Positions 11,631-25,211 of a DNA stretch of 64,000 nucleotides are shown piece by piece; the first letter of the stretch is position 1, and every line of letters begins with the position of its first letter. Made by a program: the position numbers and the translations under genes. Source of the stretch: Novakomyces olei (taxonomy: Eukaryota). The notes under the pieces were generated by a model. It had not been told where the DNA came from. It saw only the letters and a program-made list of their open reading frames with translations, and did no database searches. Location of the stretch: positions 310,001 to 374,000 of the forward strand of contig JADEYG010000005.1 of assembly GCA_016906335.1 (NCBI GenBank). The letters are read 5' to 3'.

Positions 11631-13983
11631 TCAACGCCTAAACGAGCTACTCACATCCTCGAGCCCCCATTGTAGCGACAAACCAAAAGACGGATAGCAA
11701 TGGGCCAAAGCAATGGCCCCTCGTTGGTGAAGATTAACATATTCTTGTTTGGCTGCCTGAACAATCGTTTGGTGCAATGAACTGCTAATTGCTCTGTACG
11801 TAGATTTGCTCCCAGTATTGCTATTATTGTTGTTATTGTTATTTTCATTATTATTATTGTTTGCGTCAGCATCACCAGCTTCATCATTATCGAAACCGAA
11901 ATGCTTATCAATTCGCTCCAGCAAATTACGAATCCCACGTTTAACTTCCTTCGAGTCGCACTGTGCTAAAATTCGTTTAAGACTCGATTGAGTGTAGGGT
12001 TCAGCTCCCTTTGCCGCCGTCTTCATATAAGCCTCTGAGGCCTCAACAAAATCAATAAACTTGGCCATTGGCCTCCGCATTACTTGCTTCAAGTACATTG
12101 ACCGATGATCCTCAAACAAGTATTTTGCTTTTGCATTGAACTGCAAAAGCACTCGGCTCTTCTCTGGTTGCCGTATTTCTTCCAAGTACTCGTACGTATT
12201 TTGTACCATTATTATATGAAAGTTTAGTTCCTCTTTATCCTCTGGGTCAAAGGTCCGAGATGCATTAACGAGTGATCCTCTAGCAATTACCTGCAGACTT
12301 TCAAACATTGCAGAATTAAACTCTTCGTAAGCGGTTTCAATTAATTGCTGAATCGGTAAAGCACCGCGCTTATCGGCATCTGCTAACCCGAAATTGTCGA
12401 AATGTGCTTCAATACGATCATGAAACTTTGCGAAAACCCTAATGAACCAGACGTAGCCACGTTTTTTCCGTACCGTATGACGACACTGCTCAATTACTTG
12501 AACCTGATCGCGGATGAACGTATTTATTTCGTGGCTGCCTTGCTCATGCACTTTATCAACAAGCAATCTTACAAGGAACGAGTGCATTCCCGCTTGATTA
12601 TCCGCACGAAACTGCTCAAGTGCAATCATTAACCCAATCATTTGCACAATATCACTGCCCACTACTTTTGAAATTTGCTGCTGCGCTTTTGCTATTGTTT
12701 GCTGAAAGATCGCAAGGCAAACCTGACCAGCTTCCTTGGGCAAATCTTCGTCAGAGGTGAACGCGCCATCGATTCCAATTTTATTATTTTTATCTTTGTT
12801 GTTATTTTTAATATGTTTGGAAGCAGTGATCAAGTCTGGAAAAGTTTGGGCAGTAGGGGAAGCAGAGCCAGCAGGTCCTGCGATATTTTGCAAGTTGAAA
12901 AATTCAAGCACAAAATGTAGTTCGGCAGCAAAAGCCTGGAAGAGCAGTCGGCAGATATGTGCAATTGTCTGTGCTGGCTCGGGCATGGGCGAGTGACCTG
13001 CACCGCTGGCCTTTTCACTGCTATGCTGTAACCCCAATTCTGATCTCAAACTTCGAGCCACGGTACCCGTGCGCCTAAGCGTGGCAGAACGTACGTGCAG
13101 ACTCGAGCTCGTGTTTTTCTGTGCGGAAAACACATAATCTTTCCCGTCTTCCCCACCAGACTTTGCGTACTGCACAGAGTATTGCTTGGTCAGAGCATCA
13201 AATTCAGTATTGAAATTTTGCTGAGCGTGCCGAATGTAGAGTTTCTGTAATTGCAAGTAGGCTTCCGGGTTAATCTCTTTTGCGTACTGTATGCACGGCG
13301 TGTAGATTAGTAGATTAGTGTAAGCAACCTGACGGGCACCAATAGCATCAAGTGCCGGGGCAGACTGCAACTCTGCCTGAATTTTTATGTTCAAGTACTC
13401 TTGCAGCCTTTGTAAGAATGCATCACTAATACTACTGTACTTTAAAAACCCTGACTCTGCTGCTGAACGTTCTCCACCAGCATTGGCCAGTAATTCGCTC
13501 AGTTTTCTTACAAAATTGTACAAAATTAGGAGCTGCTTTTCAATGACTGCCACGTTGCTACTGTCCAGTGAAAGTTGCTTAAGAGCGTCCAAATCCGCGT
13601 CTGGAGACTCAACTGCACTGAGAAATGTCTCCAGTTCTTGCAATAGTCGGCGCTGATTTACAGTTTTAACTTGTAAGCCCTTGTTTTGTGCTTCAATGTG
13701 TCCAATTTCCGGAGCAATTTGGCCCAGTAAAAGTGTGTAATACGAGAGAGCCGATTTCAATGTATTTGTATCCCGAATGACATCATCAATAGCAGACTGA
13801 ACTTTAAGCGCTCCGGGGGCTTCTGAAGCAGAAAAGACGTGAATGCTTTCGCCCTCAATTTTATTTAGTTCATCGTATAATGCGCAATTTAAACGGTCAA
13901 CCGCATAATCTTTTTGCCAGTCAAAAGAATCTAGTATTCTAGAGACTAGACTAAACGAGGTATGGTCTATTATCTCTGCAGAC

Positions 13984-14022
<39 letters not shown>

Positions 14023-15699
14023 GAGCTAATTGCCCCAGAGTCTTCTTGTCTGGCTGCATTAGAAATTGCTCGAGCCCGGCCACGTGCTCTTTGTGATTCT
14101 GATTTAACAGGGTCAGTAATCGATTTGGACTCGATATTAGAGCCGCTTATATTATCATTTGCGTTATTATTTGCAATAATATTAGCAGCGGCAGAGTCAA
14201 CACTGCCAGGCACAGCCAGACTGTCGGCCTTGTCCTCATAGTCCTGGCCAATAATATCTATTACAGACCGTCGTCTTTCTGTAGCCGGTCGTTTTGCAGC
14301 TTTACGCAGGCGAAACCGTTCACTATCCTTCGAAGACGAATTGGCTCCTTGAGAGGCAACGACAGGGTTTTCCAAAGGTTTATTCCTAATCTTGTTTTGA
14401 GTTGAACTCGGTTGAAACGGTTCAATGCCAGCAATGGTTTGTTTAGTCGGTGACGAATCTGCCGGCTTTGTTTTACCAGGGTCTCCCAGAGAAATCTGGC
14501 CAGATTGACCGTCTCTCTCTCCGAGTCCTGGTTGGAAAGCATTTTTGACCGGAATTTTGAGAGAAGGAATTGAAGGTGCTTTTGTGTTTCGAGTAGCGGA
14601 AGGTTTTACTGACGTTTTATCCAGATTCTGAGCAATATTTGCCAGTGTTTTATGCTCTTGCTTTTGCGCCGACTGAGACTGCGATGTTGAGGATTGTGAA
14701 ACGTTAGCTTTGGAATGCTCATTAGAATTATTTCCCTCTTCGAGAGCGGTTCCTTCTCGCGGAGGACCTGTAGAGTATAATCTTCGCCCTACCGTAGTCG
14801 GATCAAAAACTGGTCTTTGCCTCGTACTATCTTTTGTACTGTCTTTAAAAGTTTCTCCCGATCGCCCTGGACCGGTATTGCGCAGGTTTTCTCCATTGCT
14901 TTTTTCTAAAGGTTTGGAATTGGCTGTAGTATCACTTCGCAAAGGGCTTTTCGGTGTTACTGACCCGGAAGGTATGGGCCGATTTGAGGAAACTGTATTC
15001 AGAGGCGGCGTCGATTTTTCCGCTATATTTTGCTTTGCCTTTGAGGGCAAAGACTCTGAGCCATTCGGGGCAGTAAAAGGTGTTGCTCCATTTTCCGGGT
15101 TAATCCCCACTATGCTGGGAACAATATGGCCCGTTTGAGTTTTATATGTCTTCAGAATCATTTGCAAAAGGTTTTGCTTGGCTGATGTAGAAGTGAATCG
15201 CCAAACGTATGGCTTTTGAAAGACAATGGAGTACGACAGTTCGTCCATATCTTGAAGCGATCGTAAATCACTTAATTCCCAAGTTTTGCCTATCCCAAAG
15301 GAGCCATTACTATGACGTTTTGCCTTGTGTACGGCTACTGTGCGAGTCGAGTTTTTTACTATTCGTCAGAGAAGGTAATTATTAAAAGAAGCAATAAACA
15401 AATAATAATATATGAATTTCAAAAAAAAAAACAAAATATTCAGTCCAGATTATTCATTTTTTAGGCAGATCAACTGACTAGGGACGATAGACAAAGTAGA
15501 ACTTACGAGCTAATATAATATAGCGCTCCTTAACGGAGCTCCGCTTGTCTCCGGAGCCGTCCGACTCATCTTCAAAGATTTGACTATGTCCCAAATACCG
15601 CTGTAAAGGCGCACCGCTCTCGTCAGTCTTCGCAAGACATGATTGTACTATCATTTGACGATCGCTTCGTGAAGTCGTTGGAGCGTCTCTTGCCGACAT
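11631..15699 (-). CDS. SEC3: Exocyst subunit Sec3
   Basis: Exons 15699-15507 and 15358-11631 (GT-AG intron 15359-15506). PIP2-binding PH-like N-terminus (ERYIILA..VHKAKRHSNGSFGIGKTW), coiled coil with IEAQNKGLQVKTVNQRRL, C-terminal DPEDKEELNFHIIMVQN. Confidence 0.92.
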
Positions 15700-16255
15700 T
15701 TTGTCATGAGTTTGTCTTATTTAACGAATTTTTAATTTGTATTTCTCTTGTGCAAAAACTCAAAGCTGAGAGTTAAACTGGGCTCAAAATCGCGTAGACG
15801 GCAGCGTTGCATGCGTATTTGATAGTCGGTTGCTTTCCGTAATGTTACAGTAGTTTGTTGAAAGGCAGACAGCACTCAAAAGAAAGCATTAAAAATAAAA
15901 TAAAATAAAAAACGCTCAGTGCAAATAAAAGTAAAATGCTTGTTTGAATATTTGCCACAGACCGGATCCCGTGTGAGGCTGCACCAAATGTAAATTGCCT
16001 TGTGCCTGGGCCACTAGTAACTTGTTATGGGAACCACTGATGAATTAAAGTTCCCGGAAGTTTACTCTAATCCGGAAACAGTTTTATAGTTTAACTCTTA
16101 ATATTGCCTAACAATAATTTGCGAGTTTTAGGATCTTACAGTATCGAAAGGAATGATGAAAACCAAAGAAAACAACAGCGAAAAATATTATTAAAAATAA
16201 TATTATTAAAAAAAATTAAAATTAAAAAATTACAGAGCAAGGCATTCTAGTCGCA

Positions 16256-17516
16256 ATGGCTGAAGAGCTAAGAGCAGAGCAGCGCACAGAGCTGAACTCG
16301 CTAGTGCTAGACTATTTAGCAAAAAATGGCTACAGTAAAGCGGAAAAGTCTTTTAAAAAGGAGGCTAAAATCGCGGCGAGTGGCGTCGTTCGCAGGACAT
16401 TAGAACAAGTTTATTTATCAGGTCAAGTGCCGAAAAGCGACCAAACTTCTTCCAGCTCAGATGAATCAGACTCGGACGATTCTTCGGAAAGCTCATCAGA
16501 TGATAGTAAAAGCAGTAGTGATGGATCTCATGCTTCGTTAGAGACGACGGCCTCTGATATTGATTCTGATGATAGTTCGTCCTCGAGCAGCTCGGATGTG
16601 GGATCTAACAACAAAGATCCGGTTTCGACTGCCAGTGATATTGATAATAAGAAGAGCGTCAGTAAACGTGAAACTTCAGGCAGCTCAAGTGACAGCTCAA
16701 GCGATTCTGACAGCTCAAGCGATTCTGACAGCTCAAGCGATTCTGACAGCTCTAGCGATTCTGACAGCTCTAGCGATTCTAGCAGTTCTAGCGATTCTAG
16801 CAGTTCTAGCGATTCTGACAGCTCTAGCGAGTCTGACAGCTCTAGCGATTCTGACAGCTCTAGCGATTCTAGCAGTTCTAGCGATTCTAGCAGCTCTAGT
16901 TCGTCGGAGGATTCTGACAGCTCCGAAAACGATGAAAGCGATAGCGATGCAAGCAGCTCAGAAGAGTCAGAGAGCTCGGGGGATAAAGCTGAAGATAAAG
17001 AAACGTCAAAGTCCAGAACAAATTCGACAGAGAATTTAGATAAATCAAAAGACATCGAGAATAAACCAGCTTCAGCCAGCGTCAAACGGAAATTTGAGCA
17101 GGCCAATAACGAATCTGATAACCTGGATGAGTATGTGAATTTAATTAGTCGTTCAAGATTTTGGGATACTTTTAGCAGTATTGTTTTTTATCTTTCTTTG
17201 GTTTTATATCTTGCAAATGAAATACTAAATTTCTAGTCTAGTAGAAGTGGAAGCATCGAACGAGAATATGAAACGGCTGAAATCACATAATGTACCTTTT
17301 TCTAGGATGGGTGACGTTAACAAAATCGTGTTCCATAAGAACGAGCTCAGGAACAATGAATTCAATTTTGGTGATGATGATTATGGAGCAAAGGCGTTTC
17401 ATGATCTTAAAGTTACACGAGGAAAAGGTTTTACGAAGGAGAAGAACAAAAAGAAACGAGGCAGCTATCACGGAGGCGCGATCTCTCTCGAAAGCCGGAG
17501 CATTAAATTTGATTAG
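16256..17516 (+). CDS. SRP40: Nucleolar Ser-rich protein Srp40/Nopp140
   Basis: LisH-like N-terminus, poly-S/D repeats, intron 17131-17236, SRP40_C motif DLKVTRGKGFTKEKNKKKRGSYHGGAI...SIKFD. Confidence 0.92.
16681..16900 (+). repeat. Coding 18-bp tandem repeats (SDSDSS / SDSSSS) in SRP40
   Basis: AGCGATTCTGACAGCTCW units. Confidence 0.9.
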
Positions 17517-18492
17517 ATATAGAAGCGCATGGCTGCAGAGCTATAGTGGTTCATGGATTTTGTTGTAATATGTTTAAAAGGTAAAACACGCTGGTCCAAT
17601 TAGTTGATTTATAATCTGTGCATAATTCAATTTGTCGATTTCATCTGATGTTGGCTATAAAGCGAGACAGTATGACTGGAAAATCGTCCCCAATGCAACA
17701 ACGGGTATGTAGAATACTAAATTCCAAATTACAAGCTCCGTACTTGTCACGCTTCGATGCAGATTTGTCGCTGGTGTGGCTTTTAACAACAACCCTTGGT
17801 TACTCCGATGCGGCTGCTGCAAAGGTAAATATAGCGAAGCAATTGCACTAAGCAATAGCAAGAAAATGCAGGTCAAATGTGCAGCAGTGTGCGTTTTACG
17901 AGAGGTCCGAAAAGATTTCAGACAAATCGCGGGGAAAGAAATGTTATTTTTTTCCGAGAATACGCTGTCGGTCGTTGTAGTTGCCTTTGGCGTCGGCCTT
18001 TCTTGTTGAGTCAGCGGCTGTAGCTGCGAAATAAAAGGCGACTGCTGAACGAGATCGAATGGAGAAGCACTTGCATCTCCGAAATTGTCCACCAACTCAC
18101 GCGTTTTGTTTGATCCAATACGATTTGTCACGAATCGCCGTTTATTTATACGCCATTTATTGCTCTCTTCCAGTCGGTACCTGTACCATCGCAAAGGGTA
18201 CAGTTGCTGCTGCACGTAAAAGTGAAATTTAAACTTTTGCTGCAGACTTTCCATGACATTCACTATTTTTGTTCCCGTAATTGGCTTTGAAAGATGCTAA
18301 TGAGGGTATTTTTTGTCGCCGTCTATTTCCGTTGTCTTTTAGCAGAATGCTTAAAGCTCCTCTTATCAACGAGGCATTTTTGCGACAATATTCTAAAAAG
18401 GGTATATCAGATAATCTGTTGCATTGCTTATTGATTGTCTTGATATTTGTTGAAAATATTGTAAATAAATAAATAAATAATTGATCAATGAA

Positions 18493-18525
<33 letters not shown>

Positions 18526-18755
18526 AATAGTGTTACATTACAGTGCACATCGCATTATAGTCATATACTTCACAGTCTTTAGGACATACTATATCCAAGT
18601 TTCGAAGAAAAGCATCTTCAATCACCATAGAGATTGGCGCTTTCTATACAAATACGTGTAAAATATGAATACAAAATGCTCAGTACGCCTCTCTAAATTT
18701 CCAATTCTTGTATCAGACTTCTTTTTGTTTTTGTTTGTCTCATACATCGTCTTTC

Positions 18756-21017
18756 TTATTCCTTCTCTCCCCGATATATAACCTTTTGCACGCAGACACG
18801 CGTATTTTTTTGACGATTCGGTTTCACGGCGATCGCCTTGTAAGTGAAAGTTCGGCGGGCTAAACCTCCACGATTAATGGCACAATTGACCGCCCGAGTC
18901 GGGCTATGCTTTTGTCCGTCTACCCGCTCCAAATCCGTCGCCCATTTAATTTGTTTTCGAGAAGGAGATGAACTGTATTTAGCAGGCCTCCATCCTTCAT
19001 CATCGCCTGCAGCAAAAGGCCAGCCTTTTAATTTTTCTAATTGTTTGCGCTTTGCTCTAGCTTCCGCCGCTAACTTTGATTGCATTTCGGGGCCAAGATC
19101 AGGCGGTCTTTCCGTGTTTTTGTGAACAATTTTATGGTCAATGTCACATAATAATTGTGCATTTATTCTTGTATTTTTCTTTGTCATATCCATAATTTGT
19201 GCCGCTGAATACCATGATAAATTTTGTGGCGGCTGTGGGTTTTGATCGACAAAAGGCTCAAAGGAATTTTGTCTGCCTAACAAAGTGTCTTTTTGTGGGA
19301 TTTTTTGCTGGTCAATTTGACGACGTGCTGGCTCTCTTTTCACACCAAGTGAACTATTAATTTTTGCTGCATTTTGTGCATCGCTTTTTATCGAATTATG
19401 TTGATTTTCGTCAGTCAAATGATTTGTTGCTGTGGCCTTGGTCGACCGTGATGAGCGCCGCAGAATTTCTGAACCCTGATTTTCACAGTGCCGCTTTGAA
19501 GGAGTCCTCAGGTCTCGAGCCGCTGCTTCCGAAATAGGTCTTTTCCCTAGGGCATTTTTGCCAGGCTTGTTTGGATTGTTTGGCTCGGACTGGATCGTGT
19601 CTTGTTGATTGTTTGGAAGAATCGTGTCTTTTCTCTTTAAAATAGACCTTTTTACGTTTTTGTCGTTGCCAGTTTTGTTTTTATCATTAGAAATCTTGCT
19701 TTCTGACTGTATGCTTTGATTTGAATCAGTCTCGACCTGCTCTTTTTGTTTCAAGGCGGCATTTTTTGCTTCCCACCTTTGAAGAAAGGCTTGCAGCCTA
19801 TCGCCTGTATCAGCTTCGTAAATATTGTACCCAAAAGATGAAATCGCAAGCTCATTGCTACTTGATATTTTGGCACTATTTATCGCACACTTTTCCTTTT
19901 CTTTAGTGCGCCAAATCGCTTGCAGTCTGATTATACAACTCCGCTGTCGTACGTAGTACGTTTTCGCCAACCACATGCGAACATACGCTTGAATTCTTAT
20001 TACGTATTTTTCTTTTTCCGACTCGGTTAATGCCTCCTGATCACGTGTTTGTTTATCTAGTTTTTCACGGTCCAGTTCTAGTTCCGATTTCTGTTCCAAT
20101 TCCTGTTCCAATTCCTGTTCCAATTCCTGTTCCAATTCCTGTTCCAATTCCTGTTCCAATTCCTGTTCCAATTCCTGTTCCAATTCCTGTTCCAATTCCT
20201 GCTCCAATTCCTGTTCCTGTTCCAATTCCTGTTCCAATTCCTGTTCCAATTCCTGTTCCAATTCCTGTTCCAATTCCTGTTCCAATTCATGTTCCGATTC
20301 ATGTTCCGATTCCAATATCTGTTCCCATTTTTGTTCCGATTTTTGTTTAGTATAGTCCCGGTAAGCTCTTTGGATTGTTTGAGCTGCGGTTTCCATGTTG
20401 TTCAATCGCTGACGAACATTGTACGCTCTTAAGCATGGTTTCAGCTTTTCCAAGCAAGCAAATTTATGCGAGTCCGCCAACTGAATGAGCTGATTTTTCG
20501 CATCAGTGCATCTTGAAACAGCCTTGGGCTTCAGTAAGCCACGGTTAAATAGAGTGAGACCCCTCGAAACACGAGTGGCCGAGGGACTGTCGTCTGTTTG
20601 CTCTCGCAATAGTAACCGCTTCTTTCTTGATAGTATTAAAGATCCAAAAGGTGTCGAGTATTTGCGCTTTTTGATACTGGCTGGAGTAGCGCTTAATTCC
20701 AAAAACCGCACATCAGGCGTTCCCGGCATTACCTTGCGCAAAAATGCATCACGGGCTTCCTGTTCATACTTCTTCTGTCTTTTTGTCCAAATTTTTTGAA
20801 GCTCGTGCTCTTTGTATTCAAACCTTTTGCTTCCTTTGCAATTCGCTTTGGCGCTCTGGCAAAGCATGGTCTCGCACGCATTAGGCGATCCAATAAAGAG
20901 AACATCTTCGAATCTAGTGTTTTCGATCGCCCTGTTGTTTGTATACTCTTTCACATTGGCCACTGATTGAGCATTGTCCGGTGCAGTGATGGCATTCACC
21001 AACAATGCCATTCTCAC
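18756..21017 (-). CDS. Uncharacterised IQ-motif (calmodulin-binding) protein with (ELEQ)n spacer; 5' exons unresolved (possibly up to ~21600)
   Basis: 753-aa ORF with three IQ-like motifs (IQRAYR, IQAYVR, LQAIWR) and an acidic coiled-coil repeat. Confidence 0.7.
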   Translation of the reverse strand: MRMALLVNAITAPDNAQSVANVKEYTNNRAIENTRFEDVLFIGSPNACETMLCQSAKANCKGSKRFEYKEHELQKIWTKRQKKYEQEARDAFLRKVMPGTPDVRFLELSATPASIKKRKYSTPFGSLILSRKKRLLLREQTDDSPSATRVSRGLTLFNRGLLKPKAVSRCTDAKNQLIQLADSHKFACLEKLKPCLRAYNVRQRLNNMETAAQTIQRAYRDYTKQKSEQKWEQILESEHESEHELEQELEQELEQELEQELEQELEQEQELEQELEQELEQELEQELEQELEQELEQELEQELEQELEQKSELELDREKLDKQTRDQEALTESEKEKYVIRIQAYVRMWLAKTYYVRQRSCIIRLQAIWRTKEKEKCAINSAKISSSNELAISSFGYNIYEADTGDRLQAFLQRWEAKNAALKQKEQVETDSNQSIQSESKISNDKNKTGNDKNVKRSILKRKDTILPNNQQDTIQSEPNNPNKPGKNALGKRPISEAAARDLRTPSKRHCENQGSEILRRSSRSTKATATNHLTDENQHNSIKSDAQNAAKINSSLGVKREPARRQIDQQKIPQKDTLLGRQNSFEPFVDQNPQPPQNLSWYSAAQIMDMTKKNTRINAQLLCDIDHKIVHKNTERPPDLGPEMQSKLAAEARAKRKQLEKLKGWPFAAGDDEGWRPAKYSSSPSRKQIKWATDLERVDGQKHSPTRAVNCAINRGGLARRTFTYKAIAVKPNRQKNTRVCVQKVIYRGEKE
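20091..20313 (-). repeat. Coding 12-bp minisatellite (GAATTGGAACAG)n encoding (ELEQ)n
   Basis: Plus strand reads (CTGTTCCAATTC)n with a few variant units. Confidence 0.95.
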
Positions 21018-22106
21018 AAGCTGCTTTTTGAGTCTAAAGCATGGATCTTACACAGCTGGAATCATGAGAGACTCTTGTTTGTAGTTGCGACGGCCGGCTC
21101 TATAGCGCTTTGTTTATACTGTAAACATGCGCGCTACCTAGAAACCTACAAGAAAACCCTGATTAGACGATACCGATAGCCCCAAGAAAACCCTGTGCCA
21201 TTATTATACACAAACCTACTTGCTATAAAAATACTTTGATGGCAGCGTCTTACTCGTGTACGAATTAATATATCAGCCGTTACGAACGTTTCGCTTACTG
21301 CCAAGAGCGTATGTAGCAAAGAACAATTAGCGGCACAAACCGATGGCGTAGACAATAAGACTGTTCAGGAATACTTTTTATAGCTTATATCATTAATAGT
21401 GCTTTGGCTCAAACGTATAAATATCTTGTGTGTAGTAACTGCAAAACAAGAGAGCATCTTTTGACCCATAGGCTCATATTTATCAAACCAAGACTCGAAA
21501 TGGCGACACTTTTTAATCAGTGCAAAAGCAAAAATTGTGAGTATGTATTTACGATTGTGGATAAACAGATTTAAAATCAATTTGCCTTGAATCCCTCATA
21601 TCGGCCCAAACATGTACTCGGTGGTCGACTATTTCTTTGCAGCCGAATCCCATCAACTCGTTGATCAGTGACGACATTTTAATACTCGGCGTGAATTCAC
21701 CTAGGCCCACATTCATTAATAAAATGATAAAATAATAAAATAATAAAATAATTAAATAATTAAATAATTAAATAATAAAATAATAAAATAATTAAATAAT
21801 TAAATAATAAAACACTCAATAAAAAATTATTTATACAATATATTTTTACTACTAAGCGTAAAAGACGGGTATCTGATACTTGTACATGATATTGATTGAA
21901 ATACACAATATAATTATAATCATTTACTGCACTCAATCTCCCTATCAAAATCAACATACAAACGTCGCTTCCGACTACGGGTTGACGGGGGAGGAGGCTT
22001 GCAATAAACCCTCAATCCTCGGAGAGAAAAGTAGGGAAATTCTTACAGGAAAGATCGGTTCAAGCGCAGTACAGCGCACGCGCACAAGAGCGCACCGACA
22101 GCAATC

Positions 22107-24154
22107 ATGGCGTTCCGTGGTACTATGAGATCAGTGTAAGTCCTTTAACATATGATGTATTTATATATATTTAAATATACATACCCGCTGGCCAGACTTT
22201 TGGCCGAGATTGAACGGGGTCGTTTGGGCAATTGAGCAAGCAAAAGATAAATGCCAAAACGTGTCGCTCGCTATATCCGTCTCACTTAATTCTCTCTTTT
22301 AAATCCTTACTAAACTGACGTAAAAGGAAAAACTTTTCTAAAGGTTACTCGGATGCTCAAGTCAAAGCACGAAATGCCACGTCTAACGATCCCTGGGGAC
22401 CGAGCGGCTCGGAAATGCAGGAGCTTGCTCAGATGACCTTTGACAATGGCGATTTGATGGATATTATGGATATAATAGACAAGCGTCTAAACGATAAAGG
22501 CAAAAACTGGCGCCACGTCTTCAAGTCGCTTACAGTCCTCGACTACCTTATCCACTCCGGCAGTGAAGACGTTGTCAACTGGGCCAGGGATAACGTTTAC
22601 GTGATCCGCACTCTTCGCGAGTTTCAATACATGGACGAAGAGGGCCGGGATCAAGGTGCTAATATCCGACAGAAAGCTAAAGATCTCACCTCCTTATTGC
22701 GAGACGACGATCGTATCCGAGCGGAAAGACGGTCACGCATGAATATGCGTGACCGTATGGGTCCTGTACGGTCCAATTCCGTATCGGGTGCATCGACTAG
22801 ACGTCGATCTTCCTCTGCAGCTGCTTTAGCCTCGCAAAGCAATGGGGAAGAATTTGATGACGATATGCGCAGGGCGATTGAAGAGTCCAAGCGTGAAGCC
22901 GAATTGGAATCTCGCCGCCGCCGTTCCGAGCAGCAAGACCCGGCAGAGCAAGACGATATCGAGAGAGCCCTGAGACTTTCGCGAGAGGAGGCAGATATGG
23001 AGGCCAGACAAAAGCAAGAGGACGAAAATAATCTCCTTCTTGACGACGAGGGTTATCAACCCGGTGTTCAAGCTCAGCCCACAGGCTACCCATTTCAAGG
23101 CCAACAAGTTGATTTTTTTGGAAACCCTATATACCCACAGCAGCAGCAGCAGCAGCCTCAGCAGCCGCAGATGCCCACTCAGGCGACAGGGTTCGTACAA
23201 AACCTCTACGCACAGCCGACTGGCTACGTTCAGCCCCGGCCTACAGGTTATAACCCTTATCAGCAGATTGGGTACCAGCCTACAGGGTATACTCAACCGC
23301 AGTCACAGCAGCAGCCTCAGGCGACAGGGTACAATCCTTATCAGCAACAGCAGGCTAGTGGCTTCAATACTGCCCCGCAACAGCCTAAACCTGCTCAAAA
23401 GTTAGAGCCGGTAAAGACCGGATCTAATAACCCTTTTGCACAGTTTGGAAACTTTAACTCTGCTCCACAAAAGCCTCAACAGCAACAGTCTTTGAACTCT
23501 CTTCAACAACAACAGCAGCAGCCGCTCCGTCCTAATGTGACTGCTCGACAGAACGATGTTCGTCATGCTAATTTAGTTCAAGCTCTAGCCACTGGCGGGC
23601 CGGACATGGACACGTTTGGAAACACCGGGGATACTCGAATTGCTTTTCATCACACAGCCAACCAGTTTGTTAATTCAACTGGCCAGGGTGTGAAAGTGCA
23701 GCCGACTGGGTTCAACCCTTTTTTGAGTGGGCAAAAGACGGGAGGAGGAGGAGGAGGCCAGTTTTTTGGGCAGCAATCGTATCATAACCCAGGCCAAACT
23801 CAACCTCAGAATCCTAATAATTATACCAATTCTAATGCTAATAACTATGCAAATGCAAATGCAAATGCAAATGCAGCTTCGAATTACAATGCGAATAGTG
23901 CGAATTACTCAAATTATGGCCAGCCACCTGTTCGGCCTACGACTACTGGAGGAAATTATCCAAATTACCAGAATGGCGCTGTACAGCAACAGTACCAGCA
24001 GCCGCCGCGCCAACAGGGCTATGCTGGTGGAATGCAACAGACTGGTGGGTACGGAGGGTATGCTGCCCAACCTCAGCAGCAGCAATTTGCTTATGGACAG
24101 CAACCGGGGACAAATTATAACCAAAATCAAACAGGCTCGCTTATAGAGTTTTAA
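22107..24154 (+). CDS. ENT1: Epsin (ENTH domain, UIMs, NPF motifs)
   Basis: Exon 22107-22135, intron 22136-22326 (AAG acceptor). ENTH motifs ARNATSNDPWGP and KNWRHVFKSL, two UIM-like segments, NPF motifs, C-terminal clathrin-box-like SLIEF. Confidence 0.93.
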
Positions 24155-24676
24155 TTTAGATTGCGGTTTTGAAATTGTACTTTTTCAAACTTTTTTTATT
24201 TACGTTTTCATTATTCAAGTTTTTATTAATAATTTTATTATTTTTGTATGGGAGTATCTCGATATTCGCATATTCTGATAAATGTTGGCGATGAAATATT
24301 CCTGTCTATTGGAGTGTTGTCGTCGACATAGTATGTGTATCATGAATTGAATCCGAATATTACACTGGATCCCAGACTATTGTACCAGAGATGTTTAGAA
24401 TGTAAATTTTTAGACTGTAAATTTCGGACGCATTCAAAATCGTTTTTAATAAGATCTAATTGAAAAAATCCAACAAAACCTTCATAAACTTTGAAGATGC
24501 CAAGACTACTTTGATCCGTCATGTCACAAGAAACTGAACAAACATCCGTAGTATTAGAGCCTATAATCGGAGATAAAGACCACTCAATGCAAAAGCGGCT
24601 GAAGGTTCTCATCCGGCCTTATCCAACAGGATTCTCAACAATGACTGCAAATGCCACACTCCCCTACTGGCCAGTT

Positions 24677-25211
24677 TCAACTCTTTTGCTCCAAGCTTTC
24701 AAATATTGAATCAGTGCTAGAGCCGAGGTAGGTACGAAGCATTGATCGCGTACATGGAACTAACTTGCACCGAACAGTGTCGCGTTTAAGTTCATCGTGC
24801 GCCCGCAGACGATGGCAGCCGCCAAAACTGATATTAGAATGACTGAAAAGACTGATGAAATAATAGAATAAAAATAAATAGAATAAAAATAAATAGAATA
24901 AAAATAAATCAAACAAAATATTAGCAGCTAATTTTATGTTCTCTTTCCTCCGTGACTTGGCCACTGTGCCGTTCAACTTACGCAAAATAGTAGTCCCTTC
25001 CTTTATCGCGTACATGCAGCACGTCTACAGCAGGCACGTGACCTCGATCAGCTCCCTCCTCTGTAACTGACGAAGGCGGCGCTTCGCCTTGTAATGTTTC
25101 CATCATACTCTGTACTTTATCCATATCGAGCTGTGGCGGAATTGGCCGTAATAGCTGTTCCCGGGGAAGGTCGACAATGCGCGCGTTATTTGCCGTTTGT
25201 ATTGAAGCCAT
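24677..25211 (-). CDS. SRX1: Sulfiredoxin
   Basis: ATG 25211, intron 24828-24981. The spliced product has RPIPP..D..KVQSM and the catalytic YFAFGGCHR. Confidence 0.93.

Noticed and set aside
16528-17106. Antisense and alternative-frame ORFs over SRP40 and the (ELEQ)n repeat
   Set aside because: Shadow ORFs produced by stop-free tandem repeats.
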